A stretch of DNA of 64,000 bases, from assembly GCA_965230425.1 (NCBI GenBank), contig CBDDKW010000024.1, positions 141,727-205,726 of the forward strand. The letters are read 5' to 3'. The translations under genes were made by a program, and so were the position numbers. The DNA comes from Gammaproteobacteria bacterium (GTDB taxonomy: Bacteria > Pseudomonadota > Gammaproteobacteria > UBA1113). The notes beneath the pieces were generated by a model, which saw only the letters and a list, made by a program, of their open reading frames with translations, ran no database searches and was not told where the DNA came from. Numbering within the stretch: the first letter of the stretch is position 1; every line of letters starts with the position of its first letter. Positions 50,461-60,485 of this stretch are shown piece after piece.

Positions 50461-50898
50461 CTATTGCTTTTGCATTTCAGTAGTTCGTGTGACCGCTGCT
50501 AATTTATCTAACACACCGTTAACATATTTATGACTTTCGTTGGCACCAAACTCTTTAGCTAACTCAATAGCTTCATTGATACTTACACGATAAGGTATAT
50601 CTAAACGGTGCTGAAGCTCATAAGCACCCATACGTAATATGATTAACTCAATAGGTGTTAATTCATCTACAGTACGGTCAAGATATTGGCTGAGTATTTC
50701 ATCCAATTGGTCAAAGGTGCTGGGTATTTGCGCTAATAGTTCTCGAAAATACTCAACATCGAACTTGCTGGGTTCATGATACTCTAAATACTGCATTTCA
50801 ATGTCTTGAATATTAGTTTGGGATATTTGCCATTGATATAATGCTTGCAAGGCTAGATGACGGGCTTTTCGCCTCAACTTTGGATTAAACTCGGACAC
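50461..50898 (-). CDS. nusB: Transcription antitermination factor NusB
   Basis: RRKARHLALQALYQWQIS is the NusB signature. A GTG start with an RBS (agagg) sits at about 50896-50898. This is shorter than the track ORF. Confidence 0.85.
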   Translation of the reverse strand: MSEFNPKLRRKARHLALQALYQWQISQTNIQDIEMQYLEYHEPSKFDVEYFRELLAQIPSTFDQLDEILSQYLDRTVDELTPIELIILRMGAYELQHRLDIPYRVSINEAIELAKEFGANESHKYVNGVLDKLAAVTRTTEMQKQ

Positions 50899-50911
50899 TA
50901 AGGTATTACCT

Positions 50912-51397
50912 CTATTCTTGTGGGTCAGATACAAGCGTTGTATCTGCTGAACGACGAAGCCGTTGGATCTCACTGCGGAATGCCTCTAAGTCTTCAAAAC
51001 TACGATAGACCGAGGCAAAGCGCACATAAGCTACTTCGTCTAATTTTAATAACTCTTCCATGACCCATTCACCTAATAGTTGGGAACTAATTTCACGTTC
51101 ACCACAGCTACGTAAGCGATGTTTGATATGCAACATGGATGCTTCCATGGCATCGGTATTAACTGGACGTTTCTCTAAGGCTTTTAACATACCTGAGCGT
51201 AATTTTTCTTCATCAAAGCTTGAGCGTACACCATCTCGCTTAATCACCCGGGGTAATACTAATTCAACCACTTCATAGGTTGTAAAACGCTCCTGACATG
51301 ATAGACATTCACGACGTCTGCGCACTTGGTCACCTTCATTGACTAAGCGTGAATCTACCACCTTAGTTTCTGCATAATGACAATACGGACAATGCAT
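50912..51397 (-). CDS. nrdR: Transcriptional repressor NrdR
   Basis: [19 protein letters not shown]...[12 protein letters not shown] gives a zinc ribbon plus an ATP-cone. Confidence 0.9.
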   Translation of the reverse strand: MHCPYCHYAETKVVDSRLVNEGDQVRRRRECLSCQERFTTYEVVELVLPRVIKRDGVRSSFDEEKLRSGMLKALEKRPVNTDAMEASMLHIKHRLRSCGEREISSQLLGEWVMEELLKLDEVAYVRFASVYRSFEDLEAFRSEIQRLRRSADTTLVSDPQE

Positions 51398-51412
51398 AAT
51401 GATTCCTTAGCG

Positions 51413-52663
51413 TTATTGATAGACTGGAAATTGCTGACACATGGCAATGGCTTTTTGTTTAATGGTCGCAATTTTATCTTGGTCACTAATATCATCCAAA
51501 ATATCACTGATCCAAATAGCTAATTCAGCCACTTGCTCTTCCTTGAAGCCACGCGTAGTAATTGCTGGTGTGCCGATACGTAAACCACTGGTGACAAAAG
51601 GTGAACGCGGCTCATTAGGCACTGTATTTTTATTCACGGTAATATTAGCCGCATGCAATGCCGCTTCCGCATCCTTACCAGTGATATCTTTTTCGATTAA
51701 ATCAACCAACAATAAGTGATTATCTGTACCATTAGATACGATCTTATAACCTCGCTCCATTAATACTTGTGCTAATAGCCTAGCATTATCAATAACCTGC
51801 TGCTGATACACTTTAAATTCCGGTTGCATAGCTTCATATAATGCAACCGCTTTAGCCGCAATCACATGCATTAATGGGCCACCTTGAATACCGGGGAAAA
51901 CCAGAGAATTAATTTTCTTTTCTATCTCTGGATTAGCTTTCGCTAAAATAATACCACCACGAGGACCGCGCAGGGTTTTGTGTGTGGTAGACGTGGTGAC
52001 ATCGGCAATCTGTACAGGGGAATCATACACACCAGCAGCCACTAAACCTGCTACATGGGCCATATCTACCATTAGATAGGCACCCACACTATCAGCAATC
52101 TCACGAAAACGCTGCCAATCCATCACCCGAGAATAGGCAGAAAATCCGGCAATAATCATTTTGGGTTGGTGTTCTTTTGCTAAGGCTGCTACTTGGTCGT
52201 AATCAACAATGCCCTCTTGATTTAAACCATATTGAAAAACATTATACATTTTGCCAGAAAAATTGACTTTAGAACCATGAGTTAAGTGCCCGCCTTCATT
52301 GAGATTCATACCGAGTACAGTATCTCCATGGTTCAACAAAGCCATGTAGACCGCAGCATTCGCTTGCGAACCTGAATGTGGTTGCACATTGGCATAATCA
52401 GCACCAAATAATGCCTTAGCACGGTCAATGGCTAGCTGTTCTGCCACATCAACGTGCTCACAGCCGCCATAATAGCGTTTACCTGGATAGCCTTCAGCAT
52501 ATTTATTAGTGAGGACGGAGCCCTGCGCTTCCAGCACTCGCGGGCTGGCAAAGTTTTCTGAAGCAATTAACTCAATATGATCTTCTTGGCGCTGCTGCTC
52601 ATCACTGATCGCTTTGGCTAACTCTGAGTCGAAATCTGCAATACGCATCTCTTTACTAAACAT
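51413..52663 (-). CDS. glyA: Serine hydroxymethyltransferase
   Basis: Has the PLP-lysine motif ([12 protein letters not shown]) and a typical GlyA N-terminus ([15 protein letters not shown]). Confidence 0.95.
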   Translation of the reverse strand: MFSKEMRIADFDSELAKAISDEQQRQEDHIELIASENFASPRVLEAQGSVLTNKYAEGYPGKRYYGGCEHVDVAEQLAIDRAKALFGADYANVQPHSGSQANAAVYMALLNHGDTVLGMNLNEGGHLTHGSKVNFSGKMYNVFQYGLNQEGIVDYDQVAALAKEHQPKMIIAGFSAYSRVMDWQRFREIADSVGAYLMVDMAHVAGLVAAGVYDSPVQIADVTTSTTHKTLRGPRGGIILAKANPEIEKKINSLVFPGIQGGPLMHVIAAKAVALYEAMQPEFKVYQQQVIDNARLLAQVLMERGYKIVSNGTDNHLLLVDLIEKDITGKDAEAALHAANITVNKNTVPNEPRSPFVTSGLRIGTPAITTRGFKEEQVAELAIWISDILDDISDQDKIATIKQKAIAMCQQFPVYQ

Positions 52664-52891
52664 AAATCCATACCTCACTGTAGTAAAAAACCACTAAAAC
52701 TTGATATTTTGGGGTGGCGTCAGTATATCTGAAAAATATTCAGCCGTCGCCTATCTTATGCACAAAAAAATATTGCATTAATTGATATAACAATTATAAT
52801 TCTGTGATATATTCTGATTGATTACAAAATAATGTGAAAAAATATAGCGCATAATTGATAAATGCTTGCTAAACTCAACAGTAAGGATAGA

Positions 52892-54025
52892 ATGATGGCA
52901 TCAGCAATAGACACGCTCACTATCACAAATGAATTGAAACAAGGTGGCTTCGATCAGCGTCAAGCTGAAGTACAAGCTAAGATATACTTAAATATTATGC
53001 ACTACTTAATATCTGACCAAATAGCAAACAAAGACGATGTGAAACATATCGAAAATACGTTTAAAGACGATGCAAAACACATCGAAATCATGTTTAAAAA
53101 TGATATCAATGCCCTACGTAAGAACAATGAAGAAAGCATACGCCAGCAATTTAAGCAACAAAATCTCATCTTCCAAAGTCAATTGCAAAGCTTTAGCACT
53201 GAATTTCAAGGCCAACTAAAAAGCCTTAGCAGCGAAGTTGATGCTAAAATCGCTAAACTTGATAGCAAAATCACAAATCTCGTCGTCCAATCTGAAACTA
53301 AACTCGATACAAAACTCGACGGCATCAACAACAAGATGGATGAGGGGTTTACTGATACCAACAACAAAACGGATAAGAAACTTACAGACACCAACAATAA
53401 AATGGATGAGAAATTTACTGCATTCAACAGCGAGATGGATAAGAGATTTGCTGAAGTTCACAGCAAAATGGATAAAAAATTCGTCGAAATCGACAATAAA
53501 TTCATCCAGCTTGAAAAGAAAATGGATGAGAAATTTACTGCCTTCAACAACGAGATGGATAAGAGATTTGCTGAAGTTCACAGCAAAATGGATAAAAAAT
53601 TCGTCGAAATCGACAATAGATTCATCCGGCTTGAAAAGAAAATGGATGAGAAATTTACTGCCTTCAACAACGAGATGGATAAGAGATTTGCTGAAGTTCA
53701 CAGCAAAATGGATAAGGGATTTGCTGAGGTTCATGGCAGAATGGATAAAAAATTCGCCGAAATCGACAATAGATTCATCCGGCTTGAAAGCAAAATGGAT
53801 AAAAAGTTCGCCGAAATCGATAAGAAATTCGCCCAAATCGATGATCACTTCATCAAGATTAACACACAGATTTCACAACTTACCACACAGATCTCACAAC
53901 TAGGTGAAAAAATTGTCCAACAAGAAATGAATATTTATCGCAAATTAATCAAATTCACATTTTGCTGCATCACAGCCGTCACCGGCATAAGTGGCACCAT
54001 CGGTTATCTGCTTCACAGCTTATAA
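52892..54025 (+). CDS. Coiled-coil protein with a DUF1640/XhlA-like N-terminus, tandem 40-aa repeats and a C-terminal transmembrane anchor
   Basis: The N-terminus (AIDTLTITNELKQGGFDQRQAEVQAKIYL) resembles DUF1640. The repeats have the form KMDEKFTAFNNEMDKRFAEVHSKMDKKFVEIDNRFIRLEK. The C-terminal hydrophobic segment is FTFCCITAVTGISGTIGYLL. Confidence 0.7.
   Translation: MMASAIDTLTITNELKQGGFDQRQAEVQAKIYLNIMHYLISDQIANKDDVKHIENTFKDDAKHIEIMFKNDINALRKNNEESIRQQFKQQNLIFQSQLQSFSTEFQGQLKSLSSEVDAKIAKLDSKITNLVVQSETKLDTKLDGINNKMDEGFTDTNNKTDKKLTDTNNKMDEKFTAFNSEMDKRFAEVHSKMDKKFVEIDNKFIQLEKKMDEKFTAFNNEMDKRFAEVHSKMDKKFVEIDNRFIRLEKKMDEKFTAFNNEMDKRFAEVHSKMDKGFAEVHGRMDKKFAEIDNRFIRLESKMDKKFAEIDKKFAQIDDHFIKINTQISQLTTQISQLGEKIVQQEMNIYRKLIKFTFCCITAVTGISGTIGYLLHSL
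53332..53860. repeat. Intragenic tandem repeat with a 120-bp period: two perfect-register copies at 53401-53520 and 53521-53640, a third partial copy, and flanking degenerate 33-bp sub-repeats
   Basis: The copies at 53401-53520 and 53521-53640 differ at only a few positions. The third copy keeps about 75 nt and then diverges. Confidence 0.9.
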
Positions 54026-54147
54026 ACCGTCACTGAAGCATTATGTATTCCTTGTTTGAACTAACCAACAGGTGGAGATTTCCTGCTGTAATGATACGAC
54101 TAAGGGAGAGTAGACGCTCCCCCCTAGAAATTCTCAATCATGCAAGC

Positions 54148-55383
54148 TTATCCTCCCTGCATGGGCTGCATCTCATGACCTGTTCTGCTATCACCTTCTA
54201 CCCTGACTTCCATTAACGGAGTTTGCTCATGTGCTGGGGTTTCTTGTGGGGTTTCTTGGCTACGTTCAGTGCGAAGCTTCTGCAACGCAAATAATAACTC
54301 ATTGGATAATTGCTGTGGCCCGGGTGCTTGAGGTTTAATATTTTCGTAACCATAATGCAGGGCATTGGCAGCAGCTACCGCTGCAAATAATGCAGAAAAC
54401 ATCAAAATTTTCGGATGCTCTGGATCTAAATCAATATGGCCATCATAAGCGCCATCAATTAATAATGGCCCAAAGGGTGCCCCAAACTGAAAAGCTGTAA
54501 ATATTAACATTAAAATCACATGGCCGGCTTGTTTGATATATCCCTTTGGATTTTTCTGCAAACCCACATAGACATTTTGCAAATACTTATGCATATCTTC
54601 TTCAGTTAAGTCTTGTAAATACTCAAATTCTTTTTGTGGTTCCGCAACATTAAGTTGCTGTAATAGCTCAATGGCTTTACCTTCATAATCACGCTGGTAA
54701 ATACGCTGTAAAATATAGTTAGCCGCGTTTTCAGCACTGACGCCCGCTTGCCTTAGTGCAAAATAGGCATTTGCATCACTCATGGTATCTAAGCCATCAA
54801 TTTCAGCATCACCCAGCAGTACAGCCATACTTTCCTGATTAGGTGAATTCTTGAAAACCTCATGCACTAAAGCATCTGCTCGAGTATCTGCATCCTCTGT
54901 AAATAAGTCCCCCTTGACAAAATCCAGAAAATTTCGCCCCTGTAGCGCGGCAACAGCCTTTTGTTGCATCAGTAATAAATTATACGCCCCCGCCGATGTC
55001 AAACCATTACCATGCAAAAACTCATATGCCATCTCTGGCTCACTCATTAATTCTTGCATAATCGTCACCACTGACGCTTGCATCTCCTTTTGCACCTGTT
55101 GCGCAGCAAAGGCATTTTCTTTACGAAAAATAAAATCCCTAATTAACTTAATCGTAATTACAAATACACCCACAGCAATAGTAGATGTCGATCCGATCAG
55201 CCCATAATCATCCACTACTTCAGAAATACGGAAAAAAGACCCAACGGTAAAAACTAAGCCAGTCACACCACCGACAAAGCCCAAAGACTCACGCACTGCA
55301 TCTAAAATATTACGTAACCACACTTTGACTTTATTATTTTCTGTACCTGCCATGGAAGACTCCTCGTTATTATTATTGAACAC
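54148..55383 (-). CDS. Hypothetical membrane protein (411 aa) with a Pro/Gln/Glu-rich C-terminal tail
   Basis: Has two TM hairpins (residues about 30-80 and about 285-345). The tail is PQAPGPQQ...SQETPQETPAHEQTP. No known domain is recognised. Confidence 0.65.
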   Translation of the reverse strand: MFNNNNEESSMAGTENNKVKVWLRNILDAVRESLGFVGGVTGLVFTVGSFFRISEVVDDYGLIGSTSTIAVGVFVITIKLIRDFIFRKENAFAAQQVQKEMQASVVTIMQELMSEPEMAYEFLHGNGLTSAGAYNLLLMQQKAVAALQGRNFLDFVKGDLFTEDADTRADALVHEVFKNSPNQESMAVLLGDAEIDGLDTMSDANAYFALRQAGVSAENAANYILQRIYQRDYEGKAIELLQQLNVAEPQKEFEYLQDLTEEDMHKYLQNVYVGLQKNPKGYIKQAGHVILMLIFTAFQFGAPFGPLLIDGAYDGHIDLDPEHPKILMFSALFAAVAAANALHYGYENIKPQAPGPQQLSNELLFALQKLRTERSQETPQETPAHEQTPLMEVRVEGDSRTGHEMQPMQGG

Positions 55384-55507
55384 TCACAAAGGAGCGGCGA
55401 TTGTACCCACAAATACTTAAGATTGCCTTAAGAATTTGTTAAAAAATTGCTTTTATCACATAAATTGGGTAATTTAGCGGCATTTCAAGTTGGCATAAGG
55501 CAAAGTA

Positions 55508-57187
55508 ATGGCACAATATATATACACCATGAACAGAGTAAGCAAGCTCGTTCCACCGAAGCGCTTCATTCTCAAGGATATTACCCTCTCTTTCTTCCCA
55601 GGCGCTAAAATCGGCGTCCTAGGTTTAAATGGTGCCGGAAAATCCACACTCCTTAAGATTATGGCGCAAATTGACCAAGATATTGATGGTGAAGCACGCC
55701 CCATGGCAGGCATTAATATTGGTTATCTCGCTCAAGAACCTCAACTTGACCCTGCCAAAGATGTACGTGGTAATGTGGAAGACGGTGTGGCCGCAACCAA
55801 GCAATTACTCAAGGATTTCGACGAATTAAGCATGAAATTTGCCGAACCTATGAGCGACGATGAAATGAACAGCCTATTAGAACAACAAGCTGACCTACAG
55901 AATAAAATCGACGCAGTGAATGGTTGGGAACTGGATCGACATCTGGATATTGCTGCTGATGCCTTGAGATTACCCCCCTGGGATGCCGATGTCACCAAAC
56001 TCTCTGGCGGTGAACGTCGCCGCGTAGCACTCTGCCGTTTGCTGTTATCAAAACCCGATATGCTATTACTTGACGAACCTACCAACCACTTAGACGCAGA
56101 AAGTGTCGCTTGGCTTGAACGTTTCTTACATGAATATTCCGGTACAGTCATCGCCGTAACCCACGATCGCTATTTCCTCGATAATGTAGCAGGCTGGATA
56201 TTGGAATTAGATCGCGGCCAGGGGATCCCCTATGAAGGTAACTACACCGCCTGGTTAGAACAAAAAGAAAAACGCTTAGTCATTGAAGAAAAACAAGAAC
56301 AAGCTCACCAAAAAACTCTCAAATCAGAATTAGAATGGGTACGTTCTGGAGTCAAGGGCCGCCATGCGAAAAGTAAGGCACGTTTAGCTCGTTTTGAAGA
56401 ATTAAACACGAAAGAATTCCAAAAACGTAATGAAACCCAAGAAATTTATATTCCACCAGGCCAGCGTTTAGGCGACTTAGTCATAGAAGCCAACAATATC
56501 AGTAAGCATTTTGGCGACAAGCTATTATTTGAAAATCTCAGCTTTAATATTCCTAAAGCCGCCATCGTCGGTGTCATTGGTGCTAATGGTGCCGGTAAAT
56601 CCACTTTATTTAAGATGCTAAGCGGACAGGAACAACCAGATAGTGGTGAAATCCGCATTGGTGAAACCGTACAACTTTCCTATATTGACCAAAGCCGCGA
56701 TCACTTAAATGGTGAGAAAACTGTATGGGAAGAAGTATCCGATGGCTTAGATTTAATTACTGTAGGTAATTATGAAACACCATCACGCGCTTATATTGGC
56801 CGATTTAACTTCAAAGGCAGCGACCAACAAAAATTGGTCAAAGACTTATCTGGTGGTGAGCGTAACCGCTTACATTTGGCTAAGCTGTTAAAAACAGGTG
56901 GTAACGTCCTATTACTAGACGAACCTACCAATGATTTAGACGTAGAAACCTTGCGCGCACTAGAGGAAGCAATTCTTAACTTCCCTGGTTGTGTGATTGT
57001 GATTTCCCATGATCGCTGGTTCTTAGATCGTATTGCCACACATATTTTGGCCTACGAAGATGACAGTCACGTAGAATGGTTCCCAGGTAATTACTCAGAC
57101 TACGAGGAAGATCGACGTAAGCGCCTCGGTACGGATGCTTTGAACCCACACCGTGTGAAGTATAAGAAAATTACCAATGACTCATGA
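55508..57187 (+). CDS. ettA: Energy-dependent translational throttle protein EttA (ABC-F ATPase)
   Basis: [25 protein letters not shown] is the EttA N-terminus. Two ABC cassettes carry Walker A/B and LSGGE motifs. Confidence 0.95.
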   Translation: MAQYIYTMNRVSKLVPPKRFILKDITLSFFPGAKIGVLGLNGAGKSTLLKIMAQIDQDIDGEARPMAGINIGYLAQEPQLDPAKDVRGNVEDGVAATKQLLKDFDELSMKFAEPMSDDEMNSLLEQQADLQNKIDAVNGWELDRHLDIAADALRLPPWDADVTKLSGGERRRVALCRLLLSKPDMLLLDEPTNHLDAESVAWLERFLHEYSGTVIAVTHDRYFLDNVAGWILELDRGQGIPYEGNYTAWLEQKEKRLVIEEKQEQAHQKTLKSELEWVRSGVKGRHAKSKARLARFEELNTKEFQKRNETQEIYIPPGQRLGDLVIEANNISKHFGDKLLFENLSFNIPKAAIVGVIGANGAGKSTLFKMLSGQEQPDSGEIRIGETVQLSYIDQSRDHLNGEKTVWEEVSDGLDLITVGNYETPSRAYIGRFNFKGSDQQKLVKDLSGGERNRLHLAKLLKTGGNVLLLDEPTNDLDVETLRALEEAILNFPGCVIVISHDRWFLDRIATHILAYEDDSHVEWFPGNYSDYEEDRRKRLGTDALNPHRVKYKKITNDS

Positions 57188-57234
57188 TAACAGAAGAACT
57201 TGTCGCCTTATAAACGTTCAGCTTTGAGGCAAGG

Positions 57235-57307
57235 TTGGACAAAAAATTGGTGAAAAGCGCGCAGTGTATACTAATACATGAGCACTTTGAGCGGATTTTT
57301 TGTCCAA
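57235..57307. repeat. 13-bp perfect inverted repeat (ttggacaaaaaat / attttttgtccaa) separated by 47 nt, in the ettA-ompA intergenic region
   Basis: The arms are at 57235-57247 and 57295-57307. An adjacent direct repeat is tccaagatgg / tccaaagatgg. Confidence 0.6.
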
Positions 57308-57462
57308 GATGGTCCAAAGATGGACGTTTTCAGAACTTTGCTAAACAAATATGAAAATAGACGACAATTAATAGCTGGAATGCTACATTAAGCACATACT
57401 ATCTGTGGAAGTATATGCGCACAAAATAGATGAACCAATATTCAACATTCAGGAGCAATGGC

Positions 57463-58167
57463 ATGCATAAAATCCTTCGGCTACTTGGTTTAAGCTTACT
57501 AACCACAACCGTTCTATTAAACGCTTGCAAGAGCATGGAACCTAATCCTGATGGCACGCCCCCTGAAGGTAAATACATGGATGTCAATAATACGGCTAAA
57601 GGCGCAGCACTTGGCACACTAGCGGGCGGTGGTGTTGGCATGCTAGGCGGGTCCAGTAAATCAACGGCCATTGGTGCCGCAGCAGGTTTAGCTGCAGGCG
57701 CGGCCATTGGCTATTATGTAGACCAGTCGCAAGAAAAAATTGCTGAAGAAATCCACGAAGCCGGTGTCAGTGTCATTAAAAAAGACCACCATCTAGAATT
57801 AGTGACTCCAAGTAATATTGAGTTTGCCCCCAAAAGTACCTATATCAGCGAAAACTACTACCCTATGCTGAATGCTGTCGCCTTAGTATTAAAACAAAAT
57901 CCCCATAGCACCTTAGAAATTGCTGGTTACACCGATGATCAAGGCAGCACTGCTAGCAATCAACAACTCTCGGAAAAACGTGCCTATAATGTTGCCACCT
58001 ATTTAGAAAACCAAGGGATTCTACCCGACCGACTCCACGTGGTTGGCCGCGGCGAACATCATCCTGTACAACGTAACAATACTGACCACGGCCGCGCCCT
58101 AAACCGTCGTGTAGAGTTACAACTATACACCATCCCACAACGGGCTAAGTATGTGAAACCCATCTAA
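57463..58167 (+). CDS. OmpA-family lipoprotein (peptidoglycan-associated, C-terminal OmpA domain)
   Basis: Has a signal peptide with lipobox (LLNAC), a Gly/Ala-rich linker, and the OmpA C-domain (NQQLSEKRAYNVATYL...NRRVEL). An RBS (aggag) precedes the internal ATG. Confidence 0.85.
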   Translation: MHKILRLLGLSLLTTTVLLNACKSMEPNPDGTPPEGKYMDVNNTAKGAALGTLAGGGVGMLGGSSKSTAIGAAAGLAAGAAIGYYVDQSQEKIAEEIHEAGVSVIKKDHHLELVTPSNIEFAPKSTYISENYYPMLNAVALVLKQNPHSTLEIAGYTDDQGSTASNQQLSEKRAYNVATYLENQGILPDRLHVVGRGEHHPVQRNNTDHGRALNRRVELQLYTIPQRAKYVKPI

Positions 58168-58282
58168 TGCGATAATCTCACAGGTTGCCGCACTTACCTT
58201 ACACGTTGGAGATCCTAGTAGCCAAGCTTGAACTGTCTCGCAGCCTCATTGACATAAGACTCTTTAAGCTACCTACATTGAG

Positions 58283-58386
58283 TTTCAGTTTATTCTTCTG
58301 TCCGGGCGAGTAAAAAGCGCTATCAGCGACGATAGCGCAAGCTACATGGATGTAGCCGAGCCCGAACAGAAGAATAAACTGAAAAT
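58283..58386. repeat. Long inverted repeat (22-bp arms with 1 mismatch) enclosing two nested hairpins; structured element in the ompA-iscR intergenic region
   Basis: The arms are cagtttattcttctgtccgggc (58286-58307) and gcccgaacagaagaataaactg (58360-58381). The internal palindromes are gcgctatc..gatagcgc and gctacatggatgtagc. Confidence 0.65.
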
Positions 58387-58483
58387 CAGCAGATATACCC
58401 ACAATACAATTTAACTTGCCCTCATGTATTATAATTAGTACTATAGCGGTCCTATTTATTTGGGCACTTAATAGAGCGTTAAG

Positions 58484-58524
58484 TGAGTCATATATCTAGC
58501 GCGGCAAGAACACGGTATGACTCA
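58484..58524 (+). promoter_or_regulatory. Inverted repeat tgagtcata-N23-tatgactca upstream of the Rrf2 regulator gene; candidate Rrf2/IscR-type operator
   Basis: Perfect 9-bp arms are at 58484-58492 and 58516-58524. They lie just upstream of the regulator RBS. Confidence 0.4.
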
Positions 58525-58541
58525 TTTACAAGGACATAAAG

Positions 58542-59006
58542 ATGTTTAGAATCAGTAAGTTAGCAGATTATAGTACGGTGGTGATGGCCTACTTAGCCAG
58601 GCGTCCAGACGTGCTACATAATGCCCGCGATATTACTGACCACACCCATATTGCTCTGCCCACTGTGAGTAAAATTTTAAAGTTATTAGCCAGAGGCGAA
58701 TTACTTACTTCGCACCGTGGTATGAACGGTGGTTATAGTTTGGCACGTCCCGCTGAAGAGATTTCCATCGCCGCCATTATCAAAGCTATTGAAGGCGATT
58801 TAGGACTCACAGAGTGTGCTTACCAAGAAAGCCATTGTAGTATCGAATCACTTTGTAGCATCCGCTCCAACTGGCAATTTATTAGCCAAGTTGTTGGTGA
58901 TGCCTTGGAACAAGTCACACTAGCACAACTCATCAGCCGTACGCCGATGGATTTTAATTTTAATATCAATGAACCCAATGAGAAGCAACTGGATAAATCA
59001 TCATGA
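58542..59006 (+). CDS. Rrf2-family [Fe-S] transcriptional regulator (IscR/SufR-like) heading the suf operon
   Basis: Has a wHTH ([33 protein letters not shown]) and three clustered Cys residues ([14 protein letters not shown]). Confidence 0.85.
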   Translation: MFRISKLADYSTVVMAYLARRPDVLHNARDITDHTHIALPTVSKILKLLARGELLTSHRGMNGGYSLARPAEEISIAAIIKAIEGDLGLTECAYQESHCSIESLCSIRSNWQFISQVVGDALEQVTLAQLISRTPMDFNFNINEPNEKQLDKSS

Positions 59007-60451
59007 ACACTGAAAATCGCGAATTAGAAGCGATCATTGAACAAGATTATCAACACGGTTTCGTTACTGATGTGGAAACTGACACTTTGCCCTGCGGCTT
59101 AAATGAAGACGTCATCCGCACTATTTCACAGAAAAAAAATGAACCAGAATTTCTGTTAGCGTGGCGTTTAAAAGCCTTTGCACATTGGCAAACCATGCAA
59201 GAGCCACAGTGGGCCAGTGTCGAGCACCCTCCCATTGACTATCAAGCCATTAGCTATTATTCAGCACCAAAAAGTAAAGCTGATGCGCCTAAGAGCTTAG
59301 ATGAAGTGGACCCAGAGCTATTAGCCACTTATGAAAAACTAGGGATCCCACTTAAAGAACAAGAATTACTTGCCGGTGTTGCTGTGGATGCCGTATTTGA
59401 TAGCGTCTCTGTGGCCACCACCTTTAAAGCTAAATTATCTGAATTAGGTATTATCTTTTGCTCATTTTCTGAAGCCGTACTGGAGCACCCAGAGTTAGTA
59501 GAAAAATATATGGGTTCCGTAGTGCCTTACACGGATAATTTTTATGCCACCCTCAATTCTGCAGTCTTTACTGATGGATCCTTTGTTTATATTCCGAAAG
59601 GCGTACGTTGCCCCATGGAATTGTCCACCTATTTTCGTATTAATACTGCGAACACTGGCCAATTTGAGCGTACCTTAATTATTGCTGATGAAGGTAGCTA
59701 TGTTAGTTATTTAGAAGGCTGTACAGCACCCATGCGTGATGAAAATCAACTTCATGCTGCTGTGGTAGAATTAGTGGCACTTGGTGATGCTGAAATTAAA
59801 TATTCTACTGTACAAAATTGGTATCCTGGTGATAAGGAAGGTAAAGGCGGCATTTATAATTTCGTTACTAAACGTGGCGCCTGTCGCGGTAATCAAGCAA
59901 AAATTTCTTGGACTCAAATCGAAACCGGTTCTGCCATTACTTGGAAATATCCTAGTGTGTTATTAGAAGGCGATAATAGTATTGGCGAATTTTACTCAGT
60001 AGCACTTACCAATAATTATCAACAAGCCGATACAGGCACCAAGATGATCCACATCGGTAAAAACACCTCAAGTACAATTATTGCTAAAGGTATTTCTGCA
60101 GGTAAAGCACAAAATGCCTATCGCGGTTTAGTCAAAGTATTAAGCAGTGCAGACAATGCACGTAACTATACGCAATGTGACTCTTTACTGATGGGCGACC
60201 AATGCGGTGCGCATACTTTCCCTTATATTGAGGCGAAAAATGCCAGCGCCCACATTGAGCATGAAGCATCCACATCGAAGATAAGCGAAGATCAATTATT
60301 TTACTTACAACAACGTGGCCTAGATATGGAAGATGCTGTATCTATGATTGTGAATGGATTTTGTAAACAGGTATTAAAAGAATTGCCGATGGAATTTGCT
60401 GTAGAGGCACAAAAATTATTAGGTATTAGTTTAGAAGGTAGTGTGGGTTAA
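59003..60451 (+). CDS. sufB: Fe-S cluster assembly protein SufB
   Basis: 482 aa. Has conserved SufB blocks ([30 protein letters not shown]). Confidence 0.95.
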   Translation: MNTENRELEAIIEQDYQHGFVTDVETDTLPCGLNEDVIRTISQKKNEPEFLLAWRLKAFAHWQTMQEPQWASVEHPPIDYQAISYYSAPKSKADAPKSLDEVDPELLATYEKLGIPLKEQELLAGVAVDAVFDSVSVATTFKAKLSELGIIFCSFSEAVLEHPELVEKYMGSVVPYTDNFYATLNSAVFTDGSFVYIPKGVRCPMELSTYFRINTANTGQFERTLIIADEGSYVSYLEGCTAPMRDENQLHAAVVELVALGDAEIKYSTVQNWYPGDKEGKGGIYNFVTKRGACRGNQAKISWTQIETGSAITWKYPSVLLEGDNSIGEFYSVALTNNYQQADTGTKMIHIGKNTSSTIIAKGISAGKAQNAYRGLVKVLSSADNARNYTQCDSLLMGDQCGAHTFPYIEAKNASAHIEHEASTSKISEDQLFYLQQRGLDMEDAVSMIVNGFCKQVLKELPMEFAVEAQKLLGISLEGSVG

Positions 60452-60485
60452 GACCTACCGAATTGTATCATTTTAGGAGTACAAC

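Noticed and set aside
53332-53860. Possible CRISPR array because of regular direct repeats
   Set aside because: The repeats are contiguous 120-bp (and 33-bp) units with no unique spacers. They are in-frame within a coding sequence. No cas genes are nearby.
53206-53903. Three long overlapping ORFs on both strands (210, 221 and 73 aa) inside the coiled-coil repeat gene
   Set aside because: They are artefacts of the low-complexity 120-bp tandem repeat, which keeps several frames open. The plus-strand frame 52892-54025 has the coherent N-terminal domain, repeats and TM anchor. The others are low-complexity and lack starts or RBS.
58199-58402. 67-aa ORF on the minus strand
   Set aside because: It lies entirely across the long inverted-repeat element. 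It has no RBS, and its open frame is explained by the palindromic symmetry.
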